Positions 1-10,453 are shown, counted from the stretch's first letter. The stretch: DNA of 64,000 nucleotides from Fluviicola sp. (GCA_039810825.1 JBDHXR010000001.1:10486-74485); one strand, 5' to 3'. Notes: generated by a model from the letters alone, not told the origin. Program-made: numbers and translations.

Positions 1-5
1 TCTAA

Positions 6-380
6 ATGGCTGCACCAAAAATAAAATCTAATCCAACGAAAACGGTATTAACTATCGTTGTTGGCTTTTTATTTATTTATTTGATAACACACCAAAAATG
101 GAGCTTAACCATTGCCTTTTTTATTGGTTTAATCGGTATTGCCTCTGACCTTTTAGCCAAACAAATTGAATGGGTTTGGATGAAATTGGCCTTGGTACTC
201 AGCTATATTGTTCCAAACATCGTTCTTACATTAATTTTCTACTTATTCCTTTACCCAATTGCTGTATTGAACAAAATCTTTGGAAAGAAGGATCCAATGA
301 ACTTAAAGAATACCAAGTCTACACTATTTAAGACAAATCCTAAGGTATTTGACAAGGCGTACTTTGAGAAACACTGGTAG
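6..380 (+). CDS. SxtJ-family small membrane protein
   Basis: 124 aa with hydrophobic helices; WMKLALVLSYIVPNIVLTLIFYLFLYPIAVL..GKKDPM and C-terminal FEKHW resemble the SxtJ family, usually found next to carbamoyltransferases. Confidence 0.6.
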   Translation: MAAPKIKSNPTKTVLTIVVGFLFIYLITHQKWSLTIAFFIGLIGIASDLLAKQIEWVWMKLALVLSYIVPNIVLTLIFYLFLYPIAVLNKIFGKKDPMNLKNTKSTLFKTNPKVFDKAYFEKHW

Positions 381-409
381 GAATATCATGCTCTTTCAAA
401 CTGTTCTTC

Positions 410-1160
410 TCATTTATGAAAAACCACCTCTACACGCATGTTTTTTTCCTTGTTTTCTGGAATAGATTCTGAAACAAGTGGTTTGCTATTGCTGAATCCT
501 TTGCATTGAATTCTATTTGATTTGATACCATTTGAAACCAAATATGTTTTTACTTTATTTGCTCTATCCAATGACAATTGATATGCAGGAGTACAACAAA
601 CATGTCCATTTAGTTGAATATTTATTAATGAATCTTGTTGAAGAATTAGAAGTAATTTGGCTAAATTTTCTGAAGAATTTGGGGTAATATTTGTTGTTTT
701 TGATTCAAAATTGATTTCTAGGTTTATCGGGGTATTGTATTCAAATTTATTTTCTATTTGATAGATAATCACATCGCACCTTCTGAATAAACTGTCTTGT
801 CTTATTGATGGTGAAACTCGATACTCATTCATGTTTTCACTTTCAACAGCAAAAGAGTTTAAGTTGTTAGATTCAATGATTTCTTTAATTGCATTTATGC
901 GGTTATTAGCTAATTTTTTTGTTGTATGTTAGATTGCCAATTGTATCTGTATAGGCAATAATTTTGATTTTTCCGGAACTTGCTTTTATGCGGTTAAATC
1001 TTGCAATCAATCGTTGAGGACTTATCACTTCAGCGCTACCAAATTTAAAAAACATGGATATTGAGTCCATACGTTTTGTAATGATAAATTCCTGAGAGAA
1101 AGAGCATGAAACATGCATACAGAATACGGATACAAATACAAACAACTTCTTTAGTTCCAT
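410..1160 (-). pseudogene. Frameshifted protein with two OmpA-like (peptidoglycan-binding) domains, split into ORFs 906-1160 and 410-832
   Basis: Removing one base from the T7 run at 914-920 fuses the two ORFs (..YNKKLANNRINAIKEIIESNNLNSFAVESENMNEY..) into a 249-aa protein with a signal peptide and two OmpA_C motifs (AYTDTIG..N..LA..R; NGHVCC..LSLDRA..V; NMRVEV). Confidence 0.8.
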
Positions 1161-1195
1161 ATTGATAATTTAAATGGTTATAATATAGAAATCCT

Positions 1196-2797
1196 TTAAA
1201 TCTTAAACTTCACACCAAATCGTAGATATAGATTGGGAGAAAATGACGTGCGTAAATAATTAGCAGCAGCACCTACTTGCACAAATGCTCTGTCAAAACC
1301 AAAAGCAAACGGGTTGTTTTTGTATGCAAAGCCTACATACAACCCCTGGTTTACAAAGGGAATTCCTTTGTTTGGACTGTATGAGAGGTCTGTACCAACT
1401 GAAGCAGCAAATGTTCGGTGAAAGTCATGAATTACAGATCGGTTAGAATTGCCAATCATGGGGTTTTTGAAGGGCGAAAACGATAAAAATTGGTAATCAA
1501 ATTTTCCTTGTATCTGCAAACGCCCCTTCATATCTACTCCGGTGTTTACTCCGGCTTCCCAACTTGTACCAATGTATTGTGCAAAGGCAGCTAGGTAAAT
1601 GGCGTAATAATCCAAATTCCAATATCCGAGTTCTAGCCCATATTCCAATGCATAGATGCTTCCACGTGATTCGGGGCGACAAAAATGAGGTCCCATTTCT
1701 TCTAGTGGATAATCAATACGCTGTGCAGTATCTGTAGATGTAAGGCAAATTTCATGGTGTGTAAAGATATTCCACGTGGAATCTTGGATAGTTTTTTTGG
1801 ATACTGTAGCAAAAGAAAAAGGTCTATTTCTTAACCCAAATTTTGATTTCCAGCGCACCTCATGGTCGTAATTGTTGTCAAAGTAATAGGTTTTATCGGG
1901 ATTTACATAATCCGTTGGTGCAATGAGTAGGTATTCGCCCTCTATTCTTTTTTGTTGAATCTGCAGGTTTTGCATTAAGAATGCGTCTGGCAACAATTCA
2001 GATGACATTTTGAGATTGTGCCCCATGTCGTTGCTACACACCAAGCATTCATCATACGCTTTTGGGATTGTTTTCTTGGTTAATACTCCGTAAGCGGCAA
2101 AGTCAACTTCTTTTATTCGTGTGCGATACCTTTCATGCTTCCACCAGCTATTGCCACTGTATTCCAATTTCCATTTTAGTTTTTTGGCATACAATGAGTT
2201 TCTTGTTAAGGAATAATAGGTTATATCTTTGTTGAAGAGATGGGGCTCCATTTCCAAGATTACAAAATTAGTTTTCCCATCATCAACTCGAATAATATTT
2301 GCATAGCGCATCACAGAATCGGAAAGTACAAAACAGGTTTTGGTATCGCCAAAATATTCCAATGACTCAATGGTATCTTCTAAAGAGCGTCCGGCAATAA
2401 AAATATGTACTTCTACCCTTCGGTGATTTTCATTTGGATTGCGTTGTGCATTCTCTTCTCCTCTGGCAAAAGAGGATATTGGAATCTTTTTTCGGGTTAA
2501 TTGCGTTAAATACTTTTTTACTTTGAACGATCTTCTTTTGGAAAGATTCATGTTCCGAAGTTTTTTGCCAGTAGAATCGGCATAACCAATCACCTGAAAA
2601 CTATCAATTTTTGCCAAATTAAAGGAAAAGACATATTTGCGCAATTTCACTTTATTTGCATCGGTTAACTTGTGGTCACCGCTTGGGTAATAAATGGAGT
2701 AAAGATCTTGTGCATAACTGTTTGCACCAATAGAAATACAACATAGTGCAGCAAATAGCTGTAAACGGAGTAGTTTGGGCAAAAATAGTTGTTTCAC
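1196..2797 (-). CDS. OmpA-like domain protein with uncharacterised middle and beta-strand-rich C-terminus
   Basis: Signal peptide; IGYADSTG..NMNLSKRRS..V..RGEE..NENHRRVEV is an OmpA_C motif; ends in YLRFGVKFKI, like an outer-membrane barrel terminus. Confidence 0.7.
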   Translation of the reverse strand: MKQLFLPKLLRLQLFAALCCISIGANSYAQDLYSIYYPSGDHKLTDANKVKLRKYVFSFNLAKIDSFQVIGYADSTGKKLRNMNLSKRRSFKVKKYLTQLTRKKIPISSFARGEENAQRNPNENHRRVEVHIFIAGRSLEDTIESLEYFGDTKTCFVLSDSVMRYANIIRVDDGKTNFVILEMEPHLFNKDITYYSLTRNSLYAKKLKWKLEYSGNSWWKHERYRTRIKEVDFAAYGVLTKKTIPKAYDECLVCSNDMGHNLKMSSELLPDAFLMQNLQIQQKRIEGEYLLIAPTDYVNPDKTYYFDNNYDHEVRWKSKFGLRNRPFSFATVSKKTIQDSTWNIFTHHEICLTSTDTAQRIDYPLEEMGPHFCRPESRGSIYALEYGLELGYWNLDYYAIYLAAFAQYIGTSWEAGVNTGVDMKGRLQIQGKFDYQFLSFSPFKNPMIGNSNRSVIHDFHRTFAASVGTDLSYSPNKGIPFVNQGLYVGFAYKNNPFAFGFDRAFVQVGAAANYLRTSFSPNLYLRFGVKFKI

Positions 2798-2813
2798 ATC
2801 ACGAAAATAAGAT

Positions 2814-3509
2814 TTATTCGTGAACTATCAATTTAAAACCTTTTCCGTGTATGTTTAATATTTCAATACGTTCGTCGTCTTTCAGTAATTTTCTAAGTTT
2901 GGCAATGTACACATCCATTGATCTGCCATTGAAATAATTGTCGTCTCCCCAAATAGCACGTAAGGCTGCTTGGCGATCTAAAACATCGATTCTGTTTTTG
3001 CACAATAAATGTAGCAATTGCCCTTCTTTGGTTGTCAATTTTACTTCTTCATTTTTCAGGTATAAAATTCGCGTAAGCGGATCGTATTGCAACGTACCTA
3101 TTTCAAAACGTTCGTTGTCTTCTTCTGAACCTGCGCCAGATGTTCTTCGCATGATAGCCTCAATTCGAGCCAACAATTCCTCCATGGCAAAAGGCTTTGT
3201 CATGTAATCATCTGCACCAACGCCAAATCCTTCCAACTTATCTTCTTTCATAGATTTTGCTGTTAAGAAAAGGATAGGGATTGTTGGATCTGTTAAACGA
3301 ATTTCTTTTGCCAGTGCAAAACCATCCATTTCCGGCATCATTACATCGAATATACAAAAATCAAAACTGTTTTCTGTAAATTTTTCGTATGCATGCCTAC
3401 CGTTTCTTGCTAATTGTACTGTATAGCCTTTGGCTTTTAAAAATGTTTGAAGCAATTGACCTAAGTTCTCATCGTCTTCTGCCAATAAGATTGATTTTTG
3501 TTTTGTCAT
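2814..3509 (-). CDS. rprY: OmpR-family response regulator, RprY type
   Basis: LLAEDDENLG receiver, FDVMMP, FLTAK, DDYMTKPF; winged helix IWGDDNYFNGRSMDVYIAKLRK..IHGKGFKL closely matches Bacteroidota RprY. Confidence 0.85.
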   Translation of the reverse strand: MTKQKSILLAEDDENLGQLLQTFLKAKGYTVQLARNGRHAYEKFTENSFDFCIFDVMMPEMDGFALAKEIRLTDPTIPILFLTAKSMKEDKLEGFGVGADDYMTKPFAMEELLARIEAIMRRTSGAGSEEDNERFEIGTLQYDPLTRILYLKNEEVKLTTKEGQLLHLLCKNRIDVLDRQAALRAIWGDDNYFNGRSMDVYIAKLRKLLKDDERIEILNIHGKGFKLIVHE

Positions 3510-5128
3510 TTGTCTGTTTTTATTATGATTCTAAATTCTGATCCTTCATTGTATTGACTCGTTACTTTTATGTTCCATTTGAAAATATCGGCGATAGCCT
3601 TCACGTAACTTAATCCTAAACCAAACCCTTTTACATTGTGAACGTTTCCAGTTGGAACACGGTACAATTTATCAAATATTTTTGAAATGTGCTCTTTTTT
3701 AATACCAATACCTTTATCTGTTACAGATAATTCCATGCGATCATCGTACACTTCTAAACTTACAGTAACTTCAATTTCTGATTTGCTGTATTTGATAGCG
3801 TTGTCTATCAGGTTGTTTACCATGTTTGTAAAGTGTAGTCTATCGGTGTTTAGATACACTTCTTCATTTGGTAAGCGCAAGATTAGTTTGCCATTTTGAT
3901 TAGCAATTCGGAAAGAAGCAGATTCTGCAACACCACGGATAATTTCTAGAACAGGAATTTTTTCAAGTTTTAACTTCAATTCCCCTCTGTCCAACACAGC
4001 GCTTTGCAAAATGGATTCTACCAACACGCTCAATCGCTTGTTTTCATCACGTATCATGCGTACAAATGGAGCAGATGTTTCTGTATTCCCACCCATCATA
4101 TCGGGGTCGCTCATGGCTTCGCAGGCCAATGAAATGGTTGATATCGGGGTTTTAAATTCATGCGTCATGTTTGATATGAAGTCGTTTTTGATGGTGTTTA
4201 ATTTATCTTGAGACAAGATGGTTTTTAACATGAAGGTAAGTGCAATTAATATTAAAACGGCCAATGTTAAGCTGATTATCAGCAAACTACCCATTGATTT
4301 TACTACATAAAACTGACTCTTTGGGAAGAACACATGTAAAAACAATTTATCATCCAGTATCTTATTTGGAAATAGAAGCACCATTTGAGAGCTAGATGTA
4401 TCCACATGTGCATTGTAACACGAAGGAGTTTTGGTAAACTTGATAGCTTGGTTGTACTCATCAGTAATTACAAACTGATAATCATCGGGCAATTTATCCG
4501 AAAGTAGTTCTTTGTGAATAAGTGAATCCAGTAAATTAACATCCACTCGTTCACTTGGAAGCATATACAAATTATCTCTAAAGGTTTGCACCATTACTTC
4601 GTTGATGTATTTTGCTTTTTTGATAATTCGGTTTGTTACACGTTGGTCAAGGTGGTATGCAGCTTTTACTGAATCTTCATGAAACAAACTTTTGGTATCG
4701 CCGTCTAATAAATCGCGAATATGGCGCACATCACGAGCCAAAACTTCTTGTTTTGAGTATAATCCGGTTATGGAGTCGTAACTTTTTCCGGTAACAATGA
4801 GGTATTTTTCAATGACACCTCTGGTATTCAAAATCGTGTCTTTTATTTCAATAGATTCTTGAACTTCGAACAAATTTTGGAATTCTTCTTTTAGCACATC
4901 TTTGTATTGATCTGCTACATCTTTGTCCATTAATTTACGGTATTTTCTTACATCTTCAATTTTTTCATATCGAATTGCAATACGCTCAAGCACTGTGTTT
5001 ACTTTGCTTTTAAAGTCGTCAGATTTACGGTCGTAAAGTTGAAGAGTTTGGAAAATTTGAATCAACAACAAGGCAAAGATGGCTATCCATACCAAGGTAA
5101 TTACCAAATTGATTCGAATTTTTAACAT
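3506..5128 (-). CDS. rprX: Sensor histidine kinase, RprX type
   Basis: Two TM helices, H-box FISNMTHEFKTP, N-box NLIDNAIKYS, DKGIGI, GFGLGL; overlaps the response regulator by 4 bp. Confidence 0.8.
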   Translation of the reverse strand: MLKIRINLVITLVWIAIFALLLIQIFQTLQLYDRKSDDFKSKVNTVLERIAIRYEKIEDVRKYRKLMDKDVADQYKDVLKEEFQNLFEVQESIEIKDTILNTRGVIEKYLIVTGKSYDSITGLYSKQEVLARDVRHIRDLLDGDTKSLFHEDSVKAAYHLDQRVTNRIIKKAKYINEVMVQTFRDNLYMLPSERVDVNLLDSLIHKELLSDKLPDDYQFVITDEYNQAIKFTKTPSCYNAHVDTSSSQMVLLFPNKILDDKLFLHVFFPKSQFYVVKSMGSLLIISLTLAVLILIALTFMLKTILSQDKLNTIKNDFISNMTHEFKTPISTISLACEAMSDPDMMGGNTETSAPFVRMIRDENKRLSVLVESILQSAVLDRGELKLKLEKIPVLEIIRGVAESASFRIANQNGKLILRLPNEEVYLNTDRLHFTNMVNNLIDNAIKYSKSEIEVTVSLEVYDDRMELSVTDKGIGIKKEHISKIFDKLYRVPTGNVHNVKGFGLGLSYVKAIADIFKWNIKVTSQYNEGSEFRIIIKTDK

Positions 5129-5205
5129 AACAAGCGAATATAGGATTATTTAACAGGCTCTTATGTTTGATTAACGTTTTTTATGAGAACATTTCGTTTC
5201 AGGCT

Positions 5206-6543
5206 TTAATGTTTCCCTCTGCGTGTTTTTGGCTTGCCATATTTCTCGTGCATTGCCTTTTTATGGTCGTACCGTTTGTTGACTTTCTTGTTTTTCTCTT
5301 TCTTTTCATGAAAAGCAGGACCAGGCGCGTCTATTGAGTTGCTACGTTTTTTTTGTTTAACTAGGGTCTCGCGCATTTTAAGTGAAGGTTTTTCAAAATC
5401 CATCATTTCAGTAGAGATTTCAATTTCTTCAGGCAGTTTATTGAAGGGGATGTTTGATTTCATGGCATCTTTAAAAGACTTAAACAGTTCTTTTTCATTT
5501 TCCTTCACAAATGCTATTGCCACACCAGTTTTTTCTTGCCTACCTGTTCGTCCTATTCTATGAATGTAGGTGTCGCAATCTTCTGGTAAATCAAAGTGAA
5601 TAACGTGTGATACATCAGGAACATCAATTCCACGAGCTATTAAATCTGTGGCAATCAACACATCTATGGCACCATCACGAAATTCTCTAACTGCACGGAA
5701 ACGGTAATTTTGAGATTTATTGGAATGAATAACTTCTGATTTATCAGGAAATTCAGCGTTTACAGACTCAAATAGGTGATCGGCAATTTCTTTTGATGAA
5801 GTAAATACCAAAGTCTTTGAAAAATCTTTTTGCACGAGCAATTGAAACAATAGATTTACTTTCGACTTAAAATTGGGTATTTCAAAAGCCTGTTGGTTTA
5901 TTTTTTCTAACGGAGTTCCTGCTCCTGCAGCTTCAACGGTGAAATAATCGCCAATATATGTTTGGATAAAGCGTTCGACCTCTTCTGAAAGTGTTGCAGA
6001 AAAAAATAAATTTTGCCGTTTTTGTGGCAACATGTCTAGAATAGCAGTTAGCTGTGAGCGAAAGCCTAAGTTCAGTGTCTCATCTACTTCGTCAATAACT
6101 AATTTTTTTATTTGTTTTAATTGCAATGAACCACTTGCTGCCAAGTCAAAAATTCTTCCCGGAGTTCCAACCAATACATCCAATCCTTTTAAAACTTCTT
6201 CAGCTTGCGTATTTATGTTTGCGCCTCCAAATACTCCAACCGCTACACAATTGAGATAAGTGGTTACTTTTTCAATTTCTCGAACTACCTGCTCAACCAA
6301 TTCACGGGTAGGCACAATAACCAATATTTGCGGATGAGGTTCTTTTGAAAAACGCCACATAGAAAGAAGAGGCAGGATATACGCCATTGTTTTTCCTGTT
6401 CCTGTTTGCGCCAAACCCAATACATCTTTTCCGGACATGATGATTGAAAAGGCATCACGTTGAATTGTAGTTGGCGTTGTATAGCCAATTTCATCCAAGG
6501 CTTTTATGAGTTGTTTGTTGATATTTAATTCCTTGAACGTCAT
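5206..6543 (-). CDS. DEAD-box RNA helicase
   Basis: AQTGTGKT, PTREL, DEVD, SAT and HRIGRTGR motifs; basic tail; start set at MTFKEL (6543), downstream of a TATTTTTG promoter element at 6557-6564. Confidence 0.92.
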   Translation of the reverse strand: MTFKELNINKQLIKALDEIGYTTPTTIQRDAFSIIMSGKDVLGLAQTGTGKTMAYILPLLSMWRFSKEPHPQILVIVPTRELVEQVVREIEKVTTYLNCVAVGVFGGANINTQAEEVLKGLDVLVGTPGRIFDLAASGSLQLKQIKKLVIDEVDETLNLGFRSQLTAILDMLPQKRQNLFFSATLSEEVERFIQTYIGDYFTVEAAGAGTPLEKINQQAFEIPNFKSKVNLLFQLLVQKDFSKTLVFTSSKEIADHLFESVNAEFPDKSEVIHSNKSQNYRFRAVREFRDGAIDVLIATDLIARGIDVPDVSHVIHFDLPEDCDTYIHRIGRTGRQEKTGVAIAFVKENEKELFKSFKDAMKSNIPFNKLPEEIEISTEMMDFEKPSLKMRETLVKQKKRSNSIDAPGPAFHEKKEKNKKVNKRYDHKKAMHEKYGKPKTRRGKH

Positions 6544-6655
6544 TGTACTTTTTTTGCAAAAATACGAAATCAATTAAAACACATCAATTGTTAAAATTTT
6601 TGATAATCTACAAACAAACGTGTACTTTTGCACGACTGATCTTATTATTTTACCC

Positions 6656-8884
6656 ATGAAAAATTTTACCCTGCTCTTCGGGTTGTTTCTAACAACACAA
6701 ATTTACTCGCAAATTCAACAATTTGATTCACCAAGTTCTGGTTCTACCTTTACCAAAAATAGAGGCTATACTGCAGAACAAGGAAGAAAATACAACATGG
6801 AAAATTTTTATTCCCATCCGGATTTTGGGAAATTAACCTTTGCAGCTCCTTATGGTAAAAATGTTGTAGAAGACATTAGCAAGCGTACAAGCAATTCAAG
6901 ATATTACATTGATTTAGATGACCCAACATTTTTTTATATTGAGCAATCAGCTGGTGCAATCAATACCTATGTTGATGGGTATTGGCGAGCAATAGATGCT
7001 ACTCTACATCAAGAGAATTCTACTCGATATAAATCGGGCGTTCAACCTTGTCCAACAATTCTGGATGTTGCTGCTAAGAAAACGCAAATTCAATTAGGTG
7101 AAAACACATTTGGATTCAACAATTTTTTACTTAAAATAGTGGACAACAACAATCAAACAACCCTTGCACAGGCAAATTGGAGTCAAATTACTGTAACCAA
7201 TAACGGTGCTTACATTACCGAAGTTTTCCCGGGGATAGATATGCGTTTGGTTTATAAACAAGGAGCAGTAAAGTCTGAGTTTATCATCAAACAAAATTTG
7301 AATGTGAAGAAGTTAATATTTGTTGATCAATTGGACGTTCCTGCGTATTTGAATGGTTATATTTCTGTAGATGAAAACACAGGCTTGCAATATGTTCTTT
7401 TTAATAACATAAATAATGGTGAAATAGAAATAAAGATTGATCCAGCTAGATGCCGCGATGCTTCTGATTCTAAAAAAAGTTGGCTAAATCCTTATGAATG
7501 GAGTAACAACTGCTTGTCAATCATCTGTGATTCAACTATATTGAATGATCCATTAAAAATATACCCAATAATTGTTGACCCATTGGTAACAGTGGTTGGT
7601 CCGATTGCTTCTCCAGCTAATTTAATGGGTTCATTACCAGCACCAGCAGCTTGTTCGCATACAATCAATGTAACTTACCCTGGAGGAACAACACCATGGG
7701 ATGTGTCTGCTTATTGGGACGTTACATCAGATTTCTGTTATGACGACTTAGTTGATTATGGTTTTTTTCTCGATTGTTATATGTCTGAAGCTCAGGTATG
7801 GATAACATCAAGTTGTGGAGGTCCTTCTCCGGTTGGAGCCCCTGGAATTATTTGGACATGTATTGGGTGCAACACTCCCGGATTTTGGACACCAACCTTG
7901 CCATTTGGTTCAAGTGGAACACAAAGCTTGGCTCAATGTTATGCTCCATCGTGCTCAAGTCAGAACATGAGTTTTACTATTAACTTCAACAGATCATATT
8001 GTGGTAATTTCTATGGATACGATATGTGTCCTTGGGCAACAAGCTATTGCAACTATATGAATAATTGGTCTGTTACTCTGCAGGGTAGAAATGCTGAAAC
8101 ACTATCAAATACAGCAACGGGGAATGGTTCACAAACAATTGCTGCGCCTACTTGTGCTTCTGGAACACAACTGTTAAACCCAACACCACAATATGGTGTG
8201 CCGGGTTATACGTATGTGTGGAGTACTGGAGCAACCACGCCAACCATTACAGTTCCCAATGCAATAGGAACTTACACATGTCAAGTAACAGATGCATGTG
8301 GCACAGTAAGAACTGCAACTTTTACAATAACTTGCCCGCTTGGCATTGCTCTGAATGATTTTGAAGCGGTGTTGAAGGAAACAAACGTTGAGTTGACATG
8401 GAATACAAAATCTGATGCTGCATTAATACAGTTTGATGTGCTACGTGCAGGATCTGATTTGCAATTTCAAAAGATTGGCTCAGTTGTGGCAAATGCAGCC
8501 GACACAGATGCATATCGATATGTAGATACAAAACCTTTAGCAGGCATTAATTATTACCAACTTGCTATGTTGAATAAAAACAATGAAGTTGAATTGTCTG
8601 AAATTCGTTCGGTTTTGACAAAAGATAACCCATTGAGAGGATTAACGGTAGTGCCAAATCCAAACAAAGGGTCGTTTACCTTAGATTTATTGATTCTGCA
8701 AGAAGATACGTATGTTGTTGAGGTCATTGCAACAGATGGTAGAATATTTTATCAAGAAGAAATGCTGTTGAAGAAAGGAAAACAAATACTGCCAATTACA
8801 GCACCTAGTTTAGAAAAAGGAACGTATATAGCACGGATTAGATGTGGAAACAATGTGTTTCAAGAGAAATTTGTGGTAGATTAA
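6656..8884 (+). CDS. T9SS type A cargo protein with Cys/Trp-rich central domain
   Basis: Signal peptide MKNFTLLFGLF..; C-terminal VVPNPNKGSF...KGTYIARI..EKFVVD sorting domain preceded by an Ig-like ELTWNT domain; ORF track start 6620 overlaps a TACTTTTG promoter element at 6623-6630. Confidence 0.8.
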   Translation: MKNFTLLFGLFLTTQIYSQIQQFDSPSSGSTFTKNRGYTAEQGRKYNMENFYSHPDFGKLTFAAPYGKNVVEDISKRTSNSRYYIDLDDPTFFYIEQSAGAINTYVDGYWRAIDATLHQENSTRYKSGVQPCPTILDVAAKKTQIQLGENTFGFNNFLLKIVDNNNQTTLAQANWSQITVTNNGAYITEVFPGIDMRLVYKQGAVKSEFIIKQNLNVKKLIFVDQLDVPAYLNGYISVDENTGLQYVLFNNINNGEIEIKIDPARCRDASDSKKSWLNPYEWSNNCLSIICDSTILNDPLKIYPIIVDPLVTVVGPIASPANLMGSLPAPAACSHTINVTYPGGTTPWDVSAYWDVTSDFCYDDLVDYGFFLDCYMSEAQVWITSSCGGPSPVGAPGIIWTCIGCNTPGFWTPTLPFGSSGTQSLAQCYAPSCSSQNMSFTINFNRSYCGNFYGYDMCPWATSYCNYMNNWSVTLQGRNAETLSNTATGNGSQTIAAPTCASGTQLLNPTPQYGVPGYTYVWSTGATTPTITVPNAIGTYTCQVTDACGTVRTATFTITCPLGIALNDFEAVLKETNVELTWNTKSDAALIQFDVLRAGSDLQFQKIGSVVANAADTDAYRYVDTKPLAGINYYQLAMLNKNNEVELSEIRSVLTKDNPLRGLTVVPNPNKGSFTLDLLILQEDTYVVEVIATDGRIFYQEEMLLKKGKQILPITAPSLEKGTYIARIRCGNNVFQEKFVVD

Positions 8885-8913
8885 TTGGTAAAATAATCTA
8901 AAGAAAATTGTAC

Positions 8914-10263
8914 TTAGTGCAAAAAGATTAATCCGATTGAAAAATAAATAAACAATCCGATAATATCATTGGAAGTGGTTACGAAAGGCCCGGTTGCTAA
9001 TGCCGGGTCTATTTTGTATTTGTGTAAGATCAACGGTGCTAAGGTTCCTAATATTGCGGCAGTAATTGTTGCAGTAAATAAACTTAGACTTACCACCAAG
9101 GCTAGACGCACTTCATTGAAAAAATTAGCGATGATGAAAATGATAATCGAGCAAAGTAACCCGTTTAACATGCTAATCAACAACTCTTTTGACAAGCGGG
9201 AAAGCACAGACCCAAATTGTTCATTGCCACGCGCCAAAGATTGCACAACAATGGCTGAAGATTGTACACCGACATTTCCTCCCATTGCCGTGATTAGTGG
9301 TATAAAGAAAGCCAATGAAGGGAGGTGTGAAATGTTTGTTTCAAACTTAGAAATAACATGTGCACTCATGGTACCACCTAACATTCCTATCAGCAGCCAA
9401 GGCAAGCGTGCTCGTGAAATTCTAAATACACTCGACGTAGATTCTACTTTTTCAGAGATCCCCGATGCCATTTGAAAATCTTTATCTGCCTCTTCTTTGA
9501 TGATATCTACAACGTCATCAATCGTAATTCGCCCTACCAATTCGCCCTTCAAATCAACAACAGGAATGGCTACCATGTCGTATTTATCCATGATTTTTGC
9601 AACTTTTTCTGAAGAGTCGCTTGTTTTTACATAAATCAAGTTTTTCTCTTTGAACAAATCGCGAATAGGAGTTTTTAGGCTGGCAAACAACAATTTTTTT
9701 AAGGATAATACTCCAACTAATTTGTTCAATTCATCCACCACGTAGATGGTGTAAACTTGTTCTACATCTTCAGCTTGACGGCGCAATTCAACCAATGCAC
9801 GTTTTACTGGCCAATCGATGCGGGCTTGGATAAACTCTTTTTGCATCAATCCACCCGCTGTATCTTCGTCATAGTTTAATAGGTCAACAATGTCATCAGC
9901 GGCTTCATCGTCTTCCATGTGTGAGATTACCTCATGAATTTTTTCTTCAGGCAATTCACCAAGTATGTCTGCAGCATCATCCGAGTCTAGGTTTTCTAAC
10001 TGCTCTGCCAATGCCTTGGAAGATAAAGAAGCCAAGAAGCGATCGCGCACTTCTTCTTCCAACTCCATCAATACACCTGCTTGCAGCTCTTCATCCAGTT
10101 GATAATACAAATATTTAGCATGTTCCATGGAAAGTTGGTCCATGATTTCTGCAATATCAGCAAAGTGAAGCTCGGTAATGTTGTGAATTATCCACGCACG
10201 GTCTTCCGACTGAATGGCTAGCCGGATTTCTTCTAAAAACTCTTTGGTTAATTCAAAGCGCAT
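8914..10263 (-). CDS. mgtE: Magnesium transporter MgtE
   Basis: MgtE N-domain, YDEDTAGGLM, CBS pair, RARLPWLL, AMGGNVGVQS, DPALATGPFVTTSND. Confidence 0.95.
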   Translation of the reverse strand: MRFELTKEFLEEIRLAIQSEDRAWIIHNITELHFADIAEIMDQLSMEHAKYLYYQLDEELQAGVLMELEEEVRDRFLASLSSKALAEQLENLDSDDAADILGELPEEKIHEVISHMEDDEAADDIVDLLNYDEDTAGGLMQKEFIQARIDWPVKRALVELRRQAEDVEQVYTIYVVDELNKLVGVLSLKKLLFASLKTPIRDLFKEKNLIYVKTSDSSEKVAKIMDKYDMVAIPVVDLKGELVGRITIDDVVDIIKEEADKDFQMASGISEKVESTSSVFRISRARLPWLLIGMLGGTMSAHVISKFETNISHLPSLAFFIPLITAMGGNVGVQSSAIVVQSLARGNEQFGSVLSRLSKELLISMLNGLLCSIIIFIIANFFNEVRLALVVSLSLFTATITAAILGTLAPLILHKYKIDPALATGPFVTTSNDIIGLFIYFSIGLIFLH

Positions 10264-10453
10264 TGTACGTGAATTTTTTGCAAAAGTACTTCATTCAGTT
10301 GCAAGTAACAACCAAACTTTATTCATTACGAGAAAAATAACAAAAAGTTTCCTAGATTTCTAGCAATATCAGACTTCAATCAATACCTTTGCTTTGTCTT
10401 TTTCAATAAAGAACTCCCCCAGTTTCTGAGAAATGACGATACCGTAAATAAAA

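Noticed and set aside
6-380. SxtJ-like gene as evidence of saxitoxin biosynthesis
   Set aside because: The family is widespread next to carbamoyltransferases, and no other sxt-like genes are in the window.
8969-9475. Long antisense ORFs (8969-9475, 14626-14985, 36254-36760, 43695-44156, 62380-62688 and similar)
   Set aside because: They lie opposite well-supported genes and have no recognisable motifs; shadow ORFs.
10405-10450. CTGAGAAAT..ATACCGTA resembling part of a TPP riboswitch, or an M-box leader for mgtE
   Set aside because: The TPP P4/P5 elements are missing. The mgtE -7 element (10281-10288) is only 17 bp from its ATG, leaving no room for a riboswitch.
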